A stretch of 64,000 nt of DNA from Actinomycetota bacterium (GCA_046094825.1 JBJTIF010000126.1:8989-72988), one strand, 5' to 3'. Numbered from the stretch's first letter, positions 42,249 to 53,635 are shown. Notes: generated by a model not told the origin, from the letters alone. Made by a program: numbers and translations.

Positions 42249-43505
42249 TGGACCTCGCGCCGCCCCGCGGCACCGACGATCTCCTGCCTCCGCGATCGGA
42301 CGCGATGCTCGGGCTCTACGACGCCGCCCACGACGCCGCCCGGCTCCGCGGGTTCCGCTACGTCGAGACGCCGACGTTCGAGCACACGGAGCTCTTCGCG
42401 CGGACCTCGGGCGACACGTCGGACGTCGTCACGAAGGAGATGTACACGTTCGACGATCAGGGCGGACGCTCGATGACGCTCCGACCGGAGTCCACCGCCG
42501 CGGTCGTCCGCGCCTACCTCGCCAACGCGCACGACCTCGGGGCGACGTTCCGCGGGTACTACGTCCACACGAACTTCCGGCACGCGCGTCCCCAGGCGGG
42601 CCGGCTGCGCGAGTTCCGCGTGTTCGGCGCCGAGATCCTCGGCTCCGCCTCGCCCGAGGCCGACGTCGAGGTGATCGCGATGGCGGACGCGTTCCTCCGC
42701 GCGCGCGGGCTCACCCGCACCGCGCTCCACGTGAACTCGATCGGCGATCCCGCGTGTCGCCCCGCGTACCGGGCTGCGCTCGTCGCGCACCTCGCCCCGC
42801 ACGCCGATGCCTTCGACGAGGACTGCCGCGCCCGGCTCGAGGCGAACCCCCTCCGCGTCCTCGACTGCAAGGTCGACCGAGATCATCCCGCGGTGCGCTC
42901 CGCGCCCGCGATCACCGACCACCTCTGCGCCGACTGCCGCGCGCACCTCGAGGGCGTCCGCGCGGGCCTCGCCGCCGCCGGGATCTCCTGGACCGAGGAC
43001 CCCCGGCTCGTCCGCGGGCTCGACTACTACACGCGGACGGCCTTCGAGTTCGTGTCCGACGCGCTCCCCGCGGCGCAGGCCACCGTGTGCGGCGGCGGGC
43101 GCTACGACGGGCTCGCCGAGGTGCTCGGCGGCGCCGACACGCCCGGCGTGGGCTTCGGCATGGGTCTCGACCGCGTGCTCCTCGCCCTCGAGGGGGAGGG
43201 GCTCGCGTGGCCACCGCCGCGCGCGCCGCGCGTGTTCGTCGTCGCGGTCGGCGCAGGTGCGCGCGGCGGCGGCCACGCTCCTCACCGACCTCCGCGCGGC
43301 CGGTGTCGCGGCGACCGCGGCGCTCGAGGATCGGCCGGTGAAGGCGCAGTTCAAGATGGCCGATCGCGTGGGCGCATCCGTCGCCGCCGTCGTCGGCGAG
43401 CGCGAGGCCGCCGAGGGCGTCGTCACGATCCACCGCCTCGACGACGGCACCGAGCGGACCGTCCCGCGCGCCGCCGCCGTCGCCGAGCTCGGGGGGTCCG
43501 CGTGA
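42248..43505 (+). pseudogene. hisS: Histidine--tRNA ligase with a +1 frame break near 43260 inside a GCG/GGC repeat (probably an indel error)
   Basis: The catalytic core is in one frame up to RVFVVAVGAGA. The anticodon-binding domain (RAAAATLLTDLRAAGVAA...) continues in the +1 frame. Confidence 0.75.
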
Positions 43506-43522
43506 GCGGACGGGCGACCGCG

Positions 43523-45312
43523 ATGCGCACGCACACGTGCGGCGCCCTCCGCGCGACCGACGCCGGCGCCGAGGTCGTCCTCTGCGGGTGGGTCGCCCGA
43601 CGGCGCGACCACGGTGGCGTGACGTTCATCGACCTCCGCGACCGCGAGGGCATCACGCAGCTCGTGTTCCATCCCGACGAGGAGCCCGCGGCCCACGAGG
43701 CCGCCCAGGGGCTTCGGGGTGAATGGGTCGTCCGCGTCGTCGGCACGGTGCGGCCGCGGAAGGAGGGCACCGTGAACCCGGGCTCGCGACCGGGGAGATC
43801 GAGGTCGCGGCGACGTCCGTCGTGGTGCTCGCCGCCGCGGACACGCCACCGTTCCCGATCGAGGACCGGATCGACGCGGACGAGCTCCTGCGACTCAGGT
43901 ACCGCTACCTCGACCTCCGTCGACCGGAGATGACGCGGGTCCTCGCGATGCGCGCGCGGATCAACGCGATCGTCCGTGAGGAGATGGAGGCCGCGGGGTT
44001 CCTCGAGGTCGAGACGCCGATCCTCACCCGGAGCACCCCGGAGGGGGCGCGGGACTTCCTCGTCCCGTCGCGGTTGTTCCCCGGCACGTTCTACGCGCTC
44101 CCGCAGTCCCCGCAGCAGCTGAAGCAGCTCCTCATGGTCGCGGGACAGGACCGCTACTACCAGCTCGTGCGCTGCCTCCGCGACGAGGCGCTCCGCGCCG
44201 ACCGCGGGCTCGAGTTCACGCAGCTCGACATCGAGATGTCGTTCATCGACGAGGAGGACGTCTTCGCGCTCATCGAGCCGCTCATGGCGCGGATCGTCCG
44301 CGAGACCACCGGGACGGAGGTCGCGACGCCGTTCCCGCGGATGACCTACGACGAGATGCTCGCGCGCTTCGGCTCGGACAAGCCCGACCTCCGCTACGGC
44401 ATGGAACTCGCCGACGTGTCGGCGGCGTTCGCCTCGACCGGGTTCCAGGCGTTCGCCGGGGCCCTCACGAAGGGGTGCGTCATCAAGGCGCTCGCCGCCC
44501 CGGGTGGGGCGGCCCTCTCGCGGAAGGAACTCGACGAGCTCGTGCAGGACGCGAAAGGACGGGGTGCCTCCGGGCTCGTGTGGATCGCCGTCGAGGAGTC
44601 GGGGGTCCGCTCGCCGGTCGAGAAGCACCTGTCCGCCGCGGAGGTCGCGGCGCTCCGCGACGCGACCGGCGCCGGGGTCGGCGACCTCATCCTCGTCGTC
44701 GCGGATCCCGTCGATCGCGCGAACGTCGCGCTCGACGGCCTCCGCCGTCGCCTCGCCGCGCGGCTCGACCTCGTCCCCGCGGACACGTGGGCCTTCTGCT
44801 GGCAGGTGCGGCCGCCGCTCTTCGAGTGGAGCGAGGAGGAGGGGAAGTGGGTGTCGGTGCACCACCCGTTCACCTCGCCGGTCGACGACGACGACCTCGA
44901 CCCCGCGACCGCGAAGGCGCGCGCGTACGACCTCGTCCTGAACGGCTTCGAGCTCGGCGGCGGGAGCATCCGGATCCACCGCCCCGACGTCCAGCGGCGC
45001 GTCTTCGAGATCCTCGGGCTCGCCCCCGAGCAGATCGACGAGCAGTTCGGCCACCTCCTCACGGCCTTCCGGTACGGGGTGCCCCCGCACGGCGGCGTCG
45101 CGTTCGGGATCGACCGGCTCGTCATGCTCATGGCCGGCAAGGACGCGATCCGCGACGTCACGGCCTTCCCGAAGGCGCAGTCGGGTGCCGACCCGCTCAC
45201 CGGCGCGCCCGCCGCGGCCGACGACGCGCAGCTGCGCGAGCTCGGCATCCGCCTCGTCGCGCCACCCGCTCCGCCGAACGCCGAACCCACGAGCGCCCCG
45301 AAGGAGGCCTGA
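43523..45312 (+). pseudogene. aspS: Aspartate--tRNA ligase with a -1 frame break near 43782 (one base apparently missing in ccgggctcg)
   Basis: The N-terminal OB fold (MRTHTCGALR...GTVNPG) is in one frame. LATGEIEV onward, with the class II core and C-terminus, is in the -1 frame. Confidence 0.75.
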
Positions 45313-45314
45313 GG

Positions 45315-45701
45315 ATGCTCACCGACGACGATCGCGCGTTCCTCCGCGCACCGAACTTCGCCCACCTCGCGACGCTCCGTGAGGACGGGACACCCCAGGT
45401 GTCGGTCGTGTGGATCGACACCGACGGGGACCACGTCCTCGTGAACAGCGCGCGCGGACGCGTGAAGGATCGCAACATCGCGCGGGACCCGCGCGTCGCG
45501 GTGTCGGTCCATCGCCAGGACGACCCGTACGCGACGATCGCCGTCGACGGGGTCGTCGACGGCGAGGTGACCGGCCCGGAGGCCGACGCGCACATCGACG
45601 CGCTCTCCCGCGCCTACACGGGGAAGCCGTGGACCTCGACCGAGGGCCAGGTCCGTGTGATCTGGCGCATCCGGCCGACCCGGGTGGTCCGCCACACGTG
45701 A
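45315..45701 (+). CDS. PPOX-class (pyridoxamine 5'-phosphate oxidase-like, probably F420-dependent) family protein
   Basis: Split-barrel FMN-binding-like sequence (FAHLATLREDGTPQVSVVW). Confidence 0.55.
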   Translation: MLTDDDRAFLRAPNFAHLATLREDGTPQVSVVWIDTDGDHVLVNSARGRVKDRNIARDPRVAVSVHRQDDPYATIAVDGVVDGEVTGPEADAHIDALSRAYTGKPWTSTEGQVRVIWRIRPTRVVRHT

Positions 45702-46924
45702 GCGAGGTGCCGCTCGCGGCGCGGATGCGCCCGCGGACGTTCGACGAGTACGTCGGGCAGGCGCACCTCATCGGACCGGGCCGTGCGCTCACGCGCATCC
45801 TCGAGGGGGGGAACCTCCCCTCGGTGATCCTCTGGGGACCCGCGGGGACCGGGAAGACGACGCTCGCGCACCTGCTCGCGGAGGCGGTCGGGGCCGAGCT
45901 CCGGGAACTCTCCGCGGTGAGCTCGGGCGTCGCCGACGCGCGCAAGGTGATCGAGCGCGCGGGAGGGATGTTCCGCACGGTCCTGTTCGTCGACGAGGTC
46001 CACCGGTGGAGCAAGGCGCAGCAGGACGTCCTGCTGCCCGCCGTCGAGGCGGGGCAGGTGACGCTCATCGGTGCGACGACGGAGAACCCGTTCTCCTCGC
46101 TGAACACGCCGCTCCTGTCGCGCTGCCTGCTCCTGCGGCTCGAGCCGCTCACCGTCGAGGAGCTCCGTTCGCTGCTCGCGCGTGCGCTCCTCGACGCCGC
46201 CCGCGGCCTCGGACGCCTCGGGGTGCGTGCGACCGACGATGCGCTCGAGCACCTCGCCGAGGCCGCGGGCGGCGACGCGCGGATCGCCCTCACCGGCCTC
46301 GAGGCCGCCGCGCTCGCGGTGGGTCGAGACGGCGAGATCACCCGCGAGGTCGCCGAGGACGCGATCCAGCGCAAGGCGATCGTCTACGACCGCGCGGGCG
46401 ACGCGCACTACGACGTCATCTCCGCGTTCATCAAGAGCATCCGCGGCTCGGATCCGGATGCCGCGCTCTTCTGGCTCGCGCGGATGCTCGCAGGTGGCGA
46501 GGACCCGCGGTTCATCGCGCGCCGCATGATCGTCCACGCGTCGGAGGACATCGGTCTCGCCGATCCGCGCGCGCTCCTCGTCGCCACCGCCGCCGCGCAG
46601 GCCGTCGAGTACGTCGGGCTCCCCGAGGCGCGGATCAACCTCGCGGAGGCCGCGATCTACCTCGCGCGCGCCCCGAAGTCGAACAGCGTCATCGTCGCGA
46701 TCGGACGCGCGGAGGCCGACGCGGCGTCCTCGGAGCCGGTCCCGCGCCACCTCCGCGACGCCCACGGGCCGGGCGCGCGGCAGCTCGGGCACGGCGAGGG
46801 CTACCGCTACCCGCACGACCACCCGGGCCACCGGGTCGACCAGGAGTACCTCCCGGCGCGCTTCTCCGGGGCGACGTACTACGTGCCCTCGGGGGAGGGG
46901 GAGGAGACCCCGGAGGCACCGTGA
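45698..46924 (+). CDS. rarA: Replication-associated recombination protein A (RarA/MgsA AAA+ ATPase)
   Basis: Walker A GPAGTGKTT, Walker B FVDEVHR and the MgsA C-terminal domain. Confidence 0.85.
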   Translation: MSEVPLAARMRPRTFDEYVGQAHLIGPGRALTRILEGGNLPSVILWGPAGTGKTTLAHLLAEAVGAELRELSAVSSGVADARKVIERAGGMFRTVLFVDEVHRWSKAQQDVLLPAVEAGQVTLIGATTENPFSSLNTPLLSRCLLLRLEPLTVEELRSLLARALLDAARGLGRLGVRATDDALEHLAEAAGGDARIALTGLEAAALAVGRDGEITREVAEDAIQRKAIVYDRAGDAHYDVISAFIKSIRGSDPDAALFWLARMLAGGEDPRFIARRMIVHASEDIGLADPRALLVATAAAQAVEYVGLPEARINLAEAAIYLARAPKSNSVIVAIGRAEADAASSEPVPRHLRDAHGPGARQLGHGEGYRYPHDHPGHRVDQEYLPARFSGATYYVPSGEGEETPEAP

Positions 46925-46991
46925 GCCCGATGGGGCGGGGTATCATGCCCCCGCAGCGCCCCGCACCGCTTCCCCGACCCAAGGAGCGCAG

Positions 46992-47342
46992 ATGGGATCC
47001 CTCGACGGCGGCGACATCGCCCTCATCATCCTCGCGGCCTTCTGGGGCCTGCTCGTCCTCTTCCTCTGCGTCGTCCTGCTGAACGCGTTCCGCGTCCTCG
47101 AGAGCGTGAAGCTCCTCATCGACGGGGTGCGCCAGGAGACCGTCCCGCTCCTCGGCGAGGTGAAGGGGTCCGTCGAACGCGCGAACCGCGAACTCGACCG
47201 CGTCGACGGGGTGCTCGAATCCGCGGGCCGCGTCGCGAAGCAGGTCGAGGACGCGGTGACCGGGCCGCTCGCGAAGCTCATCTCGCTCGGCGCCGGCCTC
47301 TCGCGCGCGTTCGACCGCGATCGCGACCGCGATCGCGCCTGA
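46992..47342 (+). CDS. DUF948-domain membrane protein
   Basis: N-terminal TM helix, a coiled-coil, and a C-terminal DRDRDRDR tail. Confidence 0.6.
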   Translation: MGSLDGGDIALIILAAFWGLLVLFLCVVLLNAFRVLESVKLLIDGVRQETVPLLGEVKGSVERANRELDRVDGVLESAGRVAKQVEDAVTGPLAKLISLGAGLSRAFDRDRDRDRA

Positions 47343-47383
47343 GCGTCCGGGTCCGATGCGGACCCCCCGCTAGACTCTCGCGC

Positions 47384-49999
47384 ATGGACGGCTGGCGGAT
47401 CCGCGAGGAGTTCCTGCGCTTCTTCGAGGAGCGCGGGCACCGACGGGTCCCGTCGGCCTCCCTGATCCCGCCTCCCGAATCGGGCCTGCTCCTCACGAAC
47501 GCGGGCATGAACCAGTTCATCCCGTACTTCCTCGGCCACGCCCCCGCGCCCTTCGACCGCGCCGTCTCGGTCCAGAAGTGCTTCCGGACCAACGACATCG
47601 AGAACGTCGGCCGCACGGCACGGCACCTCACGCTCTTCGAGATGCTCGGCAACTTCTCGTTCGGCGACTACTTCAAGCGGGAGTCCTGCGGGTGGGGCCT
47701 CGAGCTCGTCACCGAGGTGTTCGGCATCGACCCCGACCGCATCTGGGTGACGGTCTTCGAGACCGACGACGAATCGATCGGGATCTGGCAGGACCTCGGG
47801 ATCGCGCGCGAGCGGATCGTCCGGCGCGGTCGGGCGGACAACTACTGGTGGACGCACGCGGCGGGACCCGCCGGGCCGTGCTCCGAGATCTTCGTCGACC
47901 GGGGGCCGCGCTACGGGCAGGAGGGTGGGCCGGAGGTCGACGAGGATCGCTACATGGAGATCTGGAACCACGTCTTCATGCAGGACGAGGTCGACGAGCA
48001 CGCGGAGCGGCGCGCCGAGCTCCCCGCGAAGAACATCGACACCGGGTCGAGCCTCGAGCGCGTCGCGACGGTCCTCCAGGACAAGGCGACAATCTTCGAG
48101 ACCGACATCTTCCAGCCGCTCTTCGCCGTCGCGGAAGCCCTCGCGGGCGTCCGGCAGGGTGCGGACGAGCGTACGGACATCTCCCTGCGCGTCATGGCCG
48201 AGCACGGTCGCGCGACGACGTTCCTCATCGCCGACGGGGTCCAGCCGTCGAACGAGGGCCGCGGCTACGTCCTGCGGCGCATGCTCCGCCGGCTCGTGAG
48301 CCACGCGCGGCGCCTCGGCATCGAGCGCCCGGTCGTCGAGGAGCTCGCGGAGGCGACGATCGCCTCGTTCGGAGGCGCCTACCCCGAGCTCGTCGAGAAC
48401 CGCGCGTACGTCCTGCAGGTCGCGACCTCCGAGGAGGAGCGCTTCGCCGGCACGCTCCGTCAGGGGATGGCCCTGTTCGAGGACGCCGTCGGCCGCGCGA
48501 GCGGCACCCTGCCCGGCGAGGTCGTGTTCAAGCTCCACGACACGTTCGGCTTCCCGAAGGAGCTCACCCGCGAGCTCGTCGAGGATGCGGGCCTCGCGCT
48601 CGACGAGGCCGGGTTCGAGGAGCGCATGGCCGAGCAGCGCGAGCGTGCGAAGCGCGCCGCGCGCAAGGGACGCGAGGGCGAGGACGTCGCCGCGGTCGCG
48701 GCCGAGGTCGGCGCGACGGAGTTCGTCGGCTACGAGCGCCTCACCGCCGATGCCCGGATCCGGGGGCTCCTCGGCGACGCGGGGCCGCTCGAGGTGGCCG
48801 GGGAGGGCGACGAGGTGCGTGTCGTCCTCGACCGGACACCGTTCTACGCGGAGGCCGGGGGACAGATCGGCGACGCCGGCTACCTCCGCACGGATGGAGG
48901 CGTCGTCCGCGTCCTCGACACACGCCCCGGGCCGGGGGGCGTGAGCGTCCACGTGGGGATCGTGCAGTCGGGGGAACTCCGTGCCGGCGACGAGGCGAGC
49001 GCCGAGGTCGACGAGGTCCGCCGGATCGCGACCGCCCGCGCCCACACCGCGACCCACGTCGTCCATTGGACCCTGAAGCACCTCCTCGGCGAGCACGCGC
49101 GGCAGGCGGGGTCGCTCGTGTCGCCGGGGCGCCTGCGGTTCGACTTCCCCCACCACGCGGCGGTGCCCGGCGACGTCCTCGCCCAGGCGGAGGACCTCGC
49201 GAACGAGCGCCTCGCGGAGAACGGGGTCGTGACGATCTACGAGACGACGTTCGACGAGGCGAAGAACCAGGGCGCGACCGCGCTCTTCGGCGAGAAGTAC
49301 GGGGAGTTCGTCCGCGTCGTGGAGATCGGTGACTTCTCGATCGAGCTCTGCGGCGGGACGCACGTCCCACGCGCGGGCAACGTCGCCCTCATCCGCATCC
49401 TCGGGGAGGGGAGCATCGGGGCGGGGATGCGCCGGGTCGAGGCGCTCGTCGGTCCCGACGCCCTCCGCGAGCTCCGCGACGAGCGCGCGCTCCTCGACGA
49501 CCTCGTCGCCGCGGTCGGGGGTGGCGATCCCCGCTCGGCGCCCGAGCGCGCCCGGGCGCTCGTCGAGCGCGTGAAGCGTCTCGAGAGCGAACTCGGACGC
49601 TTCGGCAAGGAGGCCCGCCGCGGTCGCGCCGACGCGATCGTCGCCGACGCGGTGGAGCGCGGTGGGGTCCGCGTCGTCGTCGCTCGCGAGGACGCGCCCG
49701 CCGATGACCTCCGTGAGCTCGCGCAGGACGCCCTCGGACGGCTCGTGGGTCCGAGTGCGGTCGTCCTCGGCAGCGGACACGGCGACCGCCCGCTCCTCGT
49801 CGCCGCGGTGAGCGGCGAGCTCGTCTCGCGCGGCGTCACGGCGCCGGCGCTCCTCGAACGTGCGGCGACGGCGATCGGGGGCGGCGCGGGCGGAAAGCCC
49901 GTCCTCGGGATGGCGGGCGGCCGCGACGCCGCCGCGCTCGAGGGCGCGCTCGCGTCGATCCCGGCGCGTCTGGAGGACCTCCTCGCGGGTCGTGGCTGA
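47384..49999 (+). CDS. alaS: Alanine--tRNA ligase
   Basis: Class II catalytic domain, editing domain (HTATH, CGGTH) and C-terminal domain. Confidence 0.9.
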   Translation: MDGWRIREEFLRFFEERGHRRVPSASLIPPPESGLLLTNAGMNQFIPYFLGHAPAPFDRAVSVQKCFRTNDIENVGRTARHLTLFEMLGNFSFGDYFKRESCGWGLELVTEVFGIDPDRIWVTVFETDDESIGIWQDLGIARERIVRRGRADNYWWTHAAGPAGPCSEIFVDRGPRYGQEGGPEVDEDRYMEIWNHVFMQDEVDEHAERRAELPAKNIDTGSSLERVATVLQDKATIFETDIFQPLFAVAEALAGVRQGADERTDISLRVMAEHGRATTFLIADGVQPSNEGRGYVLRRMLRRLVSHARRLGIERPVVEELAEATIASFGGAYPELVENRAYVLQVATSEEERFAGTLRQGMALFEDAVGRASGTLPGEVVFKLHDTFGFPKELTRELVEDAGLALDEAGFEERMAEQRERAKRAARKGREGEDVAAVAAEVGATEFVGYERLTADARIRGLLGDAGPLEVAGEGDEVRVVLDRTPFYAEAGGQIGDAGYLRTDGGVVRVLDTRPGPGGVSVHVGIVQSGELRAGDEASAEVDEVRRIATARAHTATHVVHWTLKHLLGEHARQAGSLVSPGRLRFDFPHHAAVPGDVLAQAEDLANERLAENGVVTIYETTFDEAKNQGATALFGEKYGEFVRVVEIGDFSIELCGGTHVPRAGNVALIRILGEGSIGAGMRRVEALVGPDALRELRDERALLDDLVAAVGGGDPRSAPERARALVERVKRLESELGRFGKEARRGRADAIVADAVERGGVRVVVAREDAPADDLRELAQDALGRLVGPSAVVLGSGHGDRPLLVAAVSGELVSRGVTAPALLERAATAIGGGAGGKPVLGMAGGRDAAALEGALASIPARLEDLLAGRG

Positions 50000-50417
50000 G
50001 TCCGGTCGCGTCCTCGGGCTCGACCTCGGCGACGCGCGGATCGGCGTCGCGATCTCCGATCCCGACCGTCGGCTCGCCGTGCCGCTCGGCACCGTCCGCA
50101 CCGGCGCCCCGGCGGATCTCCGCGCGATCGCGGGACTCGTCGACGAGCACGCGGTGACGCTCGTCGTCGTCGGGCACCCGCTCCTGCTCTCCGGGACGGC
50201 GGGGGAGCGCGCGCACCACGCGGAGCGCTTCGCCGAGGCGCTCGGTGCGGTCCTCGCGGTCCCGGTCGTGCTGCAGGACGAGCGTCTCTCGACGAAGGAG
50301 GCGGAGCGCGCGCTCCGGGCGGCGGGCCGCAGCGCCCGCGACGCGCGGAGGTCGGTCGACGAGACCGCGGCGACGGTGATCCTCCAGGCGTTCCTCGACC
50401 GACCGTCGGCCGGATGA
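49992..50417 (+). CDS. ruvX: Putative pre-16S rRNA nuclease / Holliday junction resolvase YqgF (RuvX)
   Basis: GLDLGDARIGVAISD N-terminus. Overlaps the alaS 3' end by 8 nt. Confidence 0.8.
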   Translation: MAESGRVLGLDLGDARIGVAISDPDRRLAVPLGTVRTGAPADLRAIAGLVDEHAVTLVVVGHPLLLSGTAGERAHHAERFAEALGAVLAVPVVLQDERLSTKEAERALRAAGRSARDARRSVDETAATVILQAFLDRPSAG

Positions 50418-51496
50418 CGCCCTCTATGCTGCCCGGCGTGCGCGACGGGGACTACCGCGGGCTCCACCAGGCGCCGAAGCGGCGCGCGCCGCGGGTCCTC
50501 GCGACGCTCGGCATCGCCCTCCTCGCGTTCGGCGGCGTCGCGCTCGCGGGGTTCCGCTACCTCGACGGGTGTCGGCACCCCGAAGGCGTGCGGATCCCGG
50601 TCGAGTTCGCGATCGGGGTCGGCGCGTCGGGGTCGACGGTCGTCGACGACCTCCACGACGCTGGCGTCGTGCCCTGCGCGGCGGTGACGGGCTGGGACCT
50701 CCGCCGCAGCGGCCTCGCGGACGAGATCCGTGCGGGGACGTACGCGCTCACGACGAACATGGCGCCCGCCGAGGTGTTCGCGATCCTCACGGCACCGCCT
50801 CCGGAGGTGCCGACCGATCGGCTCACGGTCCCCGAGGGGTTCCGGATCACGCAGATCGCCGACCGGGTCGAGGAGCAGCTCGGGATCCCCGCGAAGCGGT
50901 TCCTCGCCGCGATCGAGCGCGAGAACTGGTCGCTGCCGCCGTACCTGCCGCGAGAGGCGCGGAGCCCCGAAGGGTTCCTGTACCCGGAGACCTACGAGTT
51001 CCGCGCGGACGGGACCACGGCGACCGAGGTGATCGCCCGGCTCCTCGAGGAGTTCCGCGCCGTCGCCGCGGACCTGCCGTGGGAGAACGCGGAGGCGCTC
51101 GGCGTCACGCCGTACGAGGTCGTCGTCATCGCCTCGATGATCGAGGAGGAGGCCCGGGTCGACGGCGACCGCGCCCGGATCGCGGCGGTGATCTACAACC
51201 GACTCGAGATCGGGATGACGCTCGGCATCGACGCGACGCTCCAGTACGTCGATCCCGACCCCTCGAACGGGCTCGTGAGCTCGGACTTCGAGATCGTGAG
51301 CCCGTACAACACCCGGATCTCCGGCGGTCTGCCGCCGACGCCGATCGCGAGCCCGGGCCTCGCGTCGCTCCGCGCGGCGCTCGAGCCCTCGGACGTGACG
51401 TTCCTCTACTACGTGCTCTGCGGGGACGACGGGAGCCACGCGTTCAGCGACACGTACGCGGAGTTCCTGCGGAACAAGGACCGGTGCCTGGGGTGA
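50414..51496 (+). CDS. mltG: Endolytic murein transglycosylase MltG (YceG-like)
   Basis: TM anchor and the YceG domain (YNTRISGGLPPTPIASPG). Confidence 0.8.
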   Translation: MTPSMLPGVRDGDYRGLHQAPKRRAPRVLATLGIALLAFGGVALAGFRYLDGCRHPEGVRIPVEFAIGVGASGSTVVDDLHDAGVVPCAAVTGWDLRRSGLADEIRAGTYALTTNMAPAEVFAILTAPPPEVPTDRLTVPEGFRITQIADRVEEQLGIPAKRFLAAIERENWSLPPYLPREARSPEGFLYPETYEFRADGTTATEVIARLLEEFRAVAADLPWENAEALGVTPYEVVVIASMIEEEARVDGDRARIAAVIYNRLEIGMTLGIDATLQYVDPDPSNGLVSSDFEIVSPYNTRISGGLPPTPIASPGLASLRAALEPSDVTFLYYVLCGDDGSHAFSDTYAEFLRNKDRCLG

Positions 51497-51502
51497 GCGC
51501 GC

Positions 51503-52378
51503 GTGGATGATCCCGCCGTCGGCCCGCGGCACCCGACGCGGACGCTCGGGGTGATCGGGTGGCCGGTCGCCGCGAGCCTCTCGCCGACGATCCACGAGGC
51601 GGCGTTCCGCGCCCTCGGGCTCGACTGGTCGTACGTGCCGCTCCCGGTGCGACCGGGCGATCTCCCGGAGGCGTTCCGCGGGCTGCGGGCGCTCGGGTTC
51701 TCCGGCGCGAACGTCACGATGCCGCACAAGACCGAGGCGGCCGCGCTCGTCGACGTCCGGAGCGAGGACGCGGAGCTCCTCCGGTCGGTGAACACCGTCG
51801 TCGTCACGCCGGACGGTCTCGAGGGCCACAACACCGACGCGCCCGGGTTCGAGCGGGTGCTCCGGGAGGACCTCGCGTTCGACCCCGCCGGTCGCTCGGC
51901 GCTCGTGTACGGGGCGGGCGGCGCGGCGCGCGCGTGCGCGCTCGCGCTCGCGCGGGGCGGCGCCGCCCGCATCGCCATCGCGGTCCGCGACGTCGCCCGC
52001 GCCCCCGACCTCGCGCGGATCGCCGCGGGGGGCACCCTCGAGGTCGTCGCGTTCGACGACGCGCCGGCGGAGGATCCCGACCTCATCGTGAACGCGACCC
52101 CCGTCGGCGCCGCGGGGGAGTCGCTCCCGCTGCCGGCCCTCGGTCCGGCAACCGTCGTCGTCGACCTCCTCTACCGTCCGGCCGTCACCCCGCTGCAGGT
52201 GGTCGCGCGAGCGGCGGGCGCCGTCGCGTCGAACGGCCTCGGGCTCCTCCTCCACCAGGCGGCGATCGCGTTCGAACGGTGGACGGGGCAGGTGCCGCCG
52301 CTCGACGTGATGTCCGCGGCCGCTGTCGCCGCGCTCGCGGATCGACCCGACGAACGCCCGGGCGAGCGTCGGCGCTAG
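51503..52378 (+). CDS. aroE: Shikimate dehydrogenase
   Basis: Contains SLSPTIH, a MPHK motif with the catalytic Lys, and the NADP-binding GAGGAA. Confidence 0.8.
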   Translation: MDDPAVGPRHPTRTLGVIGWPVAASLSPTIHEAAFRALGLDWSYVPLPVRPGDLPEAFRGLRALGFSGANVTMPHKTEAAALVDVRSEDAELLRSVNTVVVTPDGLEGHNTDAPGFERVLREDLAFDPAGRSALVYGAGGAARACALALARGGAARIAIAVRDVARAPDLARIAAGGTLEVVAFDDAPAEDPDLIVNATPVGAAGESLPLPALGPATVVVDLLYRPAVTPLQVVARAAGAVASNGLGLLLHQAAIAFERWTGQVPPLDVMSAAAVAALADRPDERPGERRR

Positions 52379-52474
52379 CCTCCGCGCTGGCGTCCCGACC
52401 GGAAGCGACCGAGCGGCGCCGTGCCGCCCATCCCTCGGGCGGCGTCCGCGGGGGGCGCGGACCCCCCGCCTATC

Positions 52475-53635
52475 ATGGTCGACATGCTGCGCCTCACGAC
52501 CGCCGGCGAGTCCCACGGGCAGGCGCTCGTCGGCGTCCTCGAGGGGCTGCCCGCGGGCGTCCCGATCTCGCCGAAGGAGATCGCGGGCGAACTCGCGCGC
52601 CGGCGTGCCGGCCACGGCCGCAGCGGACGGCAGCAGCTCGAGGCCGACGCCCTTGAGATCCTCGGCGGGGTTCGCCACGGGCGCTCCCTCGGGAGCCCGA
52701 TCGCGCTCACGATCGCGAACGCCGAATGGGAGTCGAAGTTCCGCGAGCTCATGGCGGTCGAGGGCGAGCCTGATCCCGACCGCCGACTCACGCGTCCCCG
52801 GCCCGGCCATGCGGATCTCGCGGGCGTCCAGAAGTACGGGTTCGACGACGTCCGCAACGTCCTCGAGCGTGCGAGCGCGCGGGAGACGGCGGCGCGGGTC
52901 GCGCTCGGCGCGTGCTGCAAGGCCTTCCTCGCCGAACTCGGCATCGGCGTCGTCTCGCACGTCGTGCGGATCGGCACCGTCGCCGCGCCCGACGGTGCGG
53001 TGCCCGGGCCGACCGACCTCGAACGGATCGACGCCTCGCCCGTGCGCTGCCTCGACGAGGTCGCCGCGACGGCGATGGTCGAGGAGATCGACCGGATCCG
53101 CCGGGACGGCGACACCATCGGCGGCGTGTTCGAGGTCGTCGCGACCGGCACGCCGCCCGGCCTCGGTTCCTACGTCTCCGCGGATCGCCGCCTCGACGGT
53201 CGGCTCGCGCAGGCGCTCATGGCGATCCCCTCGGTGAAGGGGGTCGAGGTCGGTGACGGCTTCGCGAGCGCCGCGCGGACCGGTTCCGCCGCGCACGACG
53301 AGATCGTCCCCGGCGCCGCGGGCCCGGAGCGGACCTCGGCGCGCGCGGGCGGGATCGAGGGCGGCATGACGACGGGCCAGCCGATCCGCGTCCGAGCCGC
53401 GATGAAGCCCTTCTCCACCGTGCCGCGTCCGCTCGCGACCGTCGACCTCGAGACCGGAGAGGCCGACCGCGCGATCACGCAGCGCACGGATGTCTGCGCC
53501 GTCCCCGCGGGCGGAGTGATCGGCGAGGCGATGGTCGCGTTCGTGCTCGCCGACGCGATCCTCGAGAAGTTCGGCGGGGATTCGCTCCCGGAGACGCGTC
53601 GCAACCTCGACGCGTACGTCGCGGGGCTCGGATGA
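52475..53635 (+). CDS. aroC: Chorismate synthase
   Basis: TAGESHG motif and the conserved core. Confidence 0.85.
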   Translation: MVDMLRLTTAGESHGQALVGVLEGLPAGVPISPKEIAGELARRRAGHGRSGRQQLEADALEILGGVRHGRSLGSPIALTIANAEWESKFRELMAVEGEPDPDRRLTRPRPGHADLAGVQKYGFDDVRNVLERASARETAARVALGACCKAFLAELGIGVVSHVVRIGTVAAPDGAVPGPTDLERIDASPVRCLDEVAATAMVEEIDRIRRDGDTIGGVFEVVATGTPPGLGSYVSADRRLDGRLAQALMAIPSVKGVEVGDGFASAARTGSAAHDEIVPGAAGPERTSARAGGIEGGMTTGQPIRVRAAMKPFSTVPRPLATVDLETGEADRAITQRTDVCAVPAGGVIGEAMVAFVLADAILEKFGGDSLPETRRNLDAYVAGLG

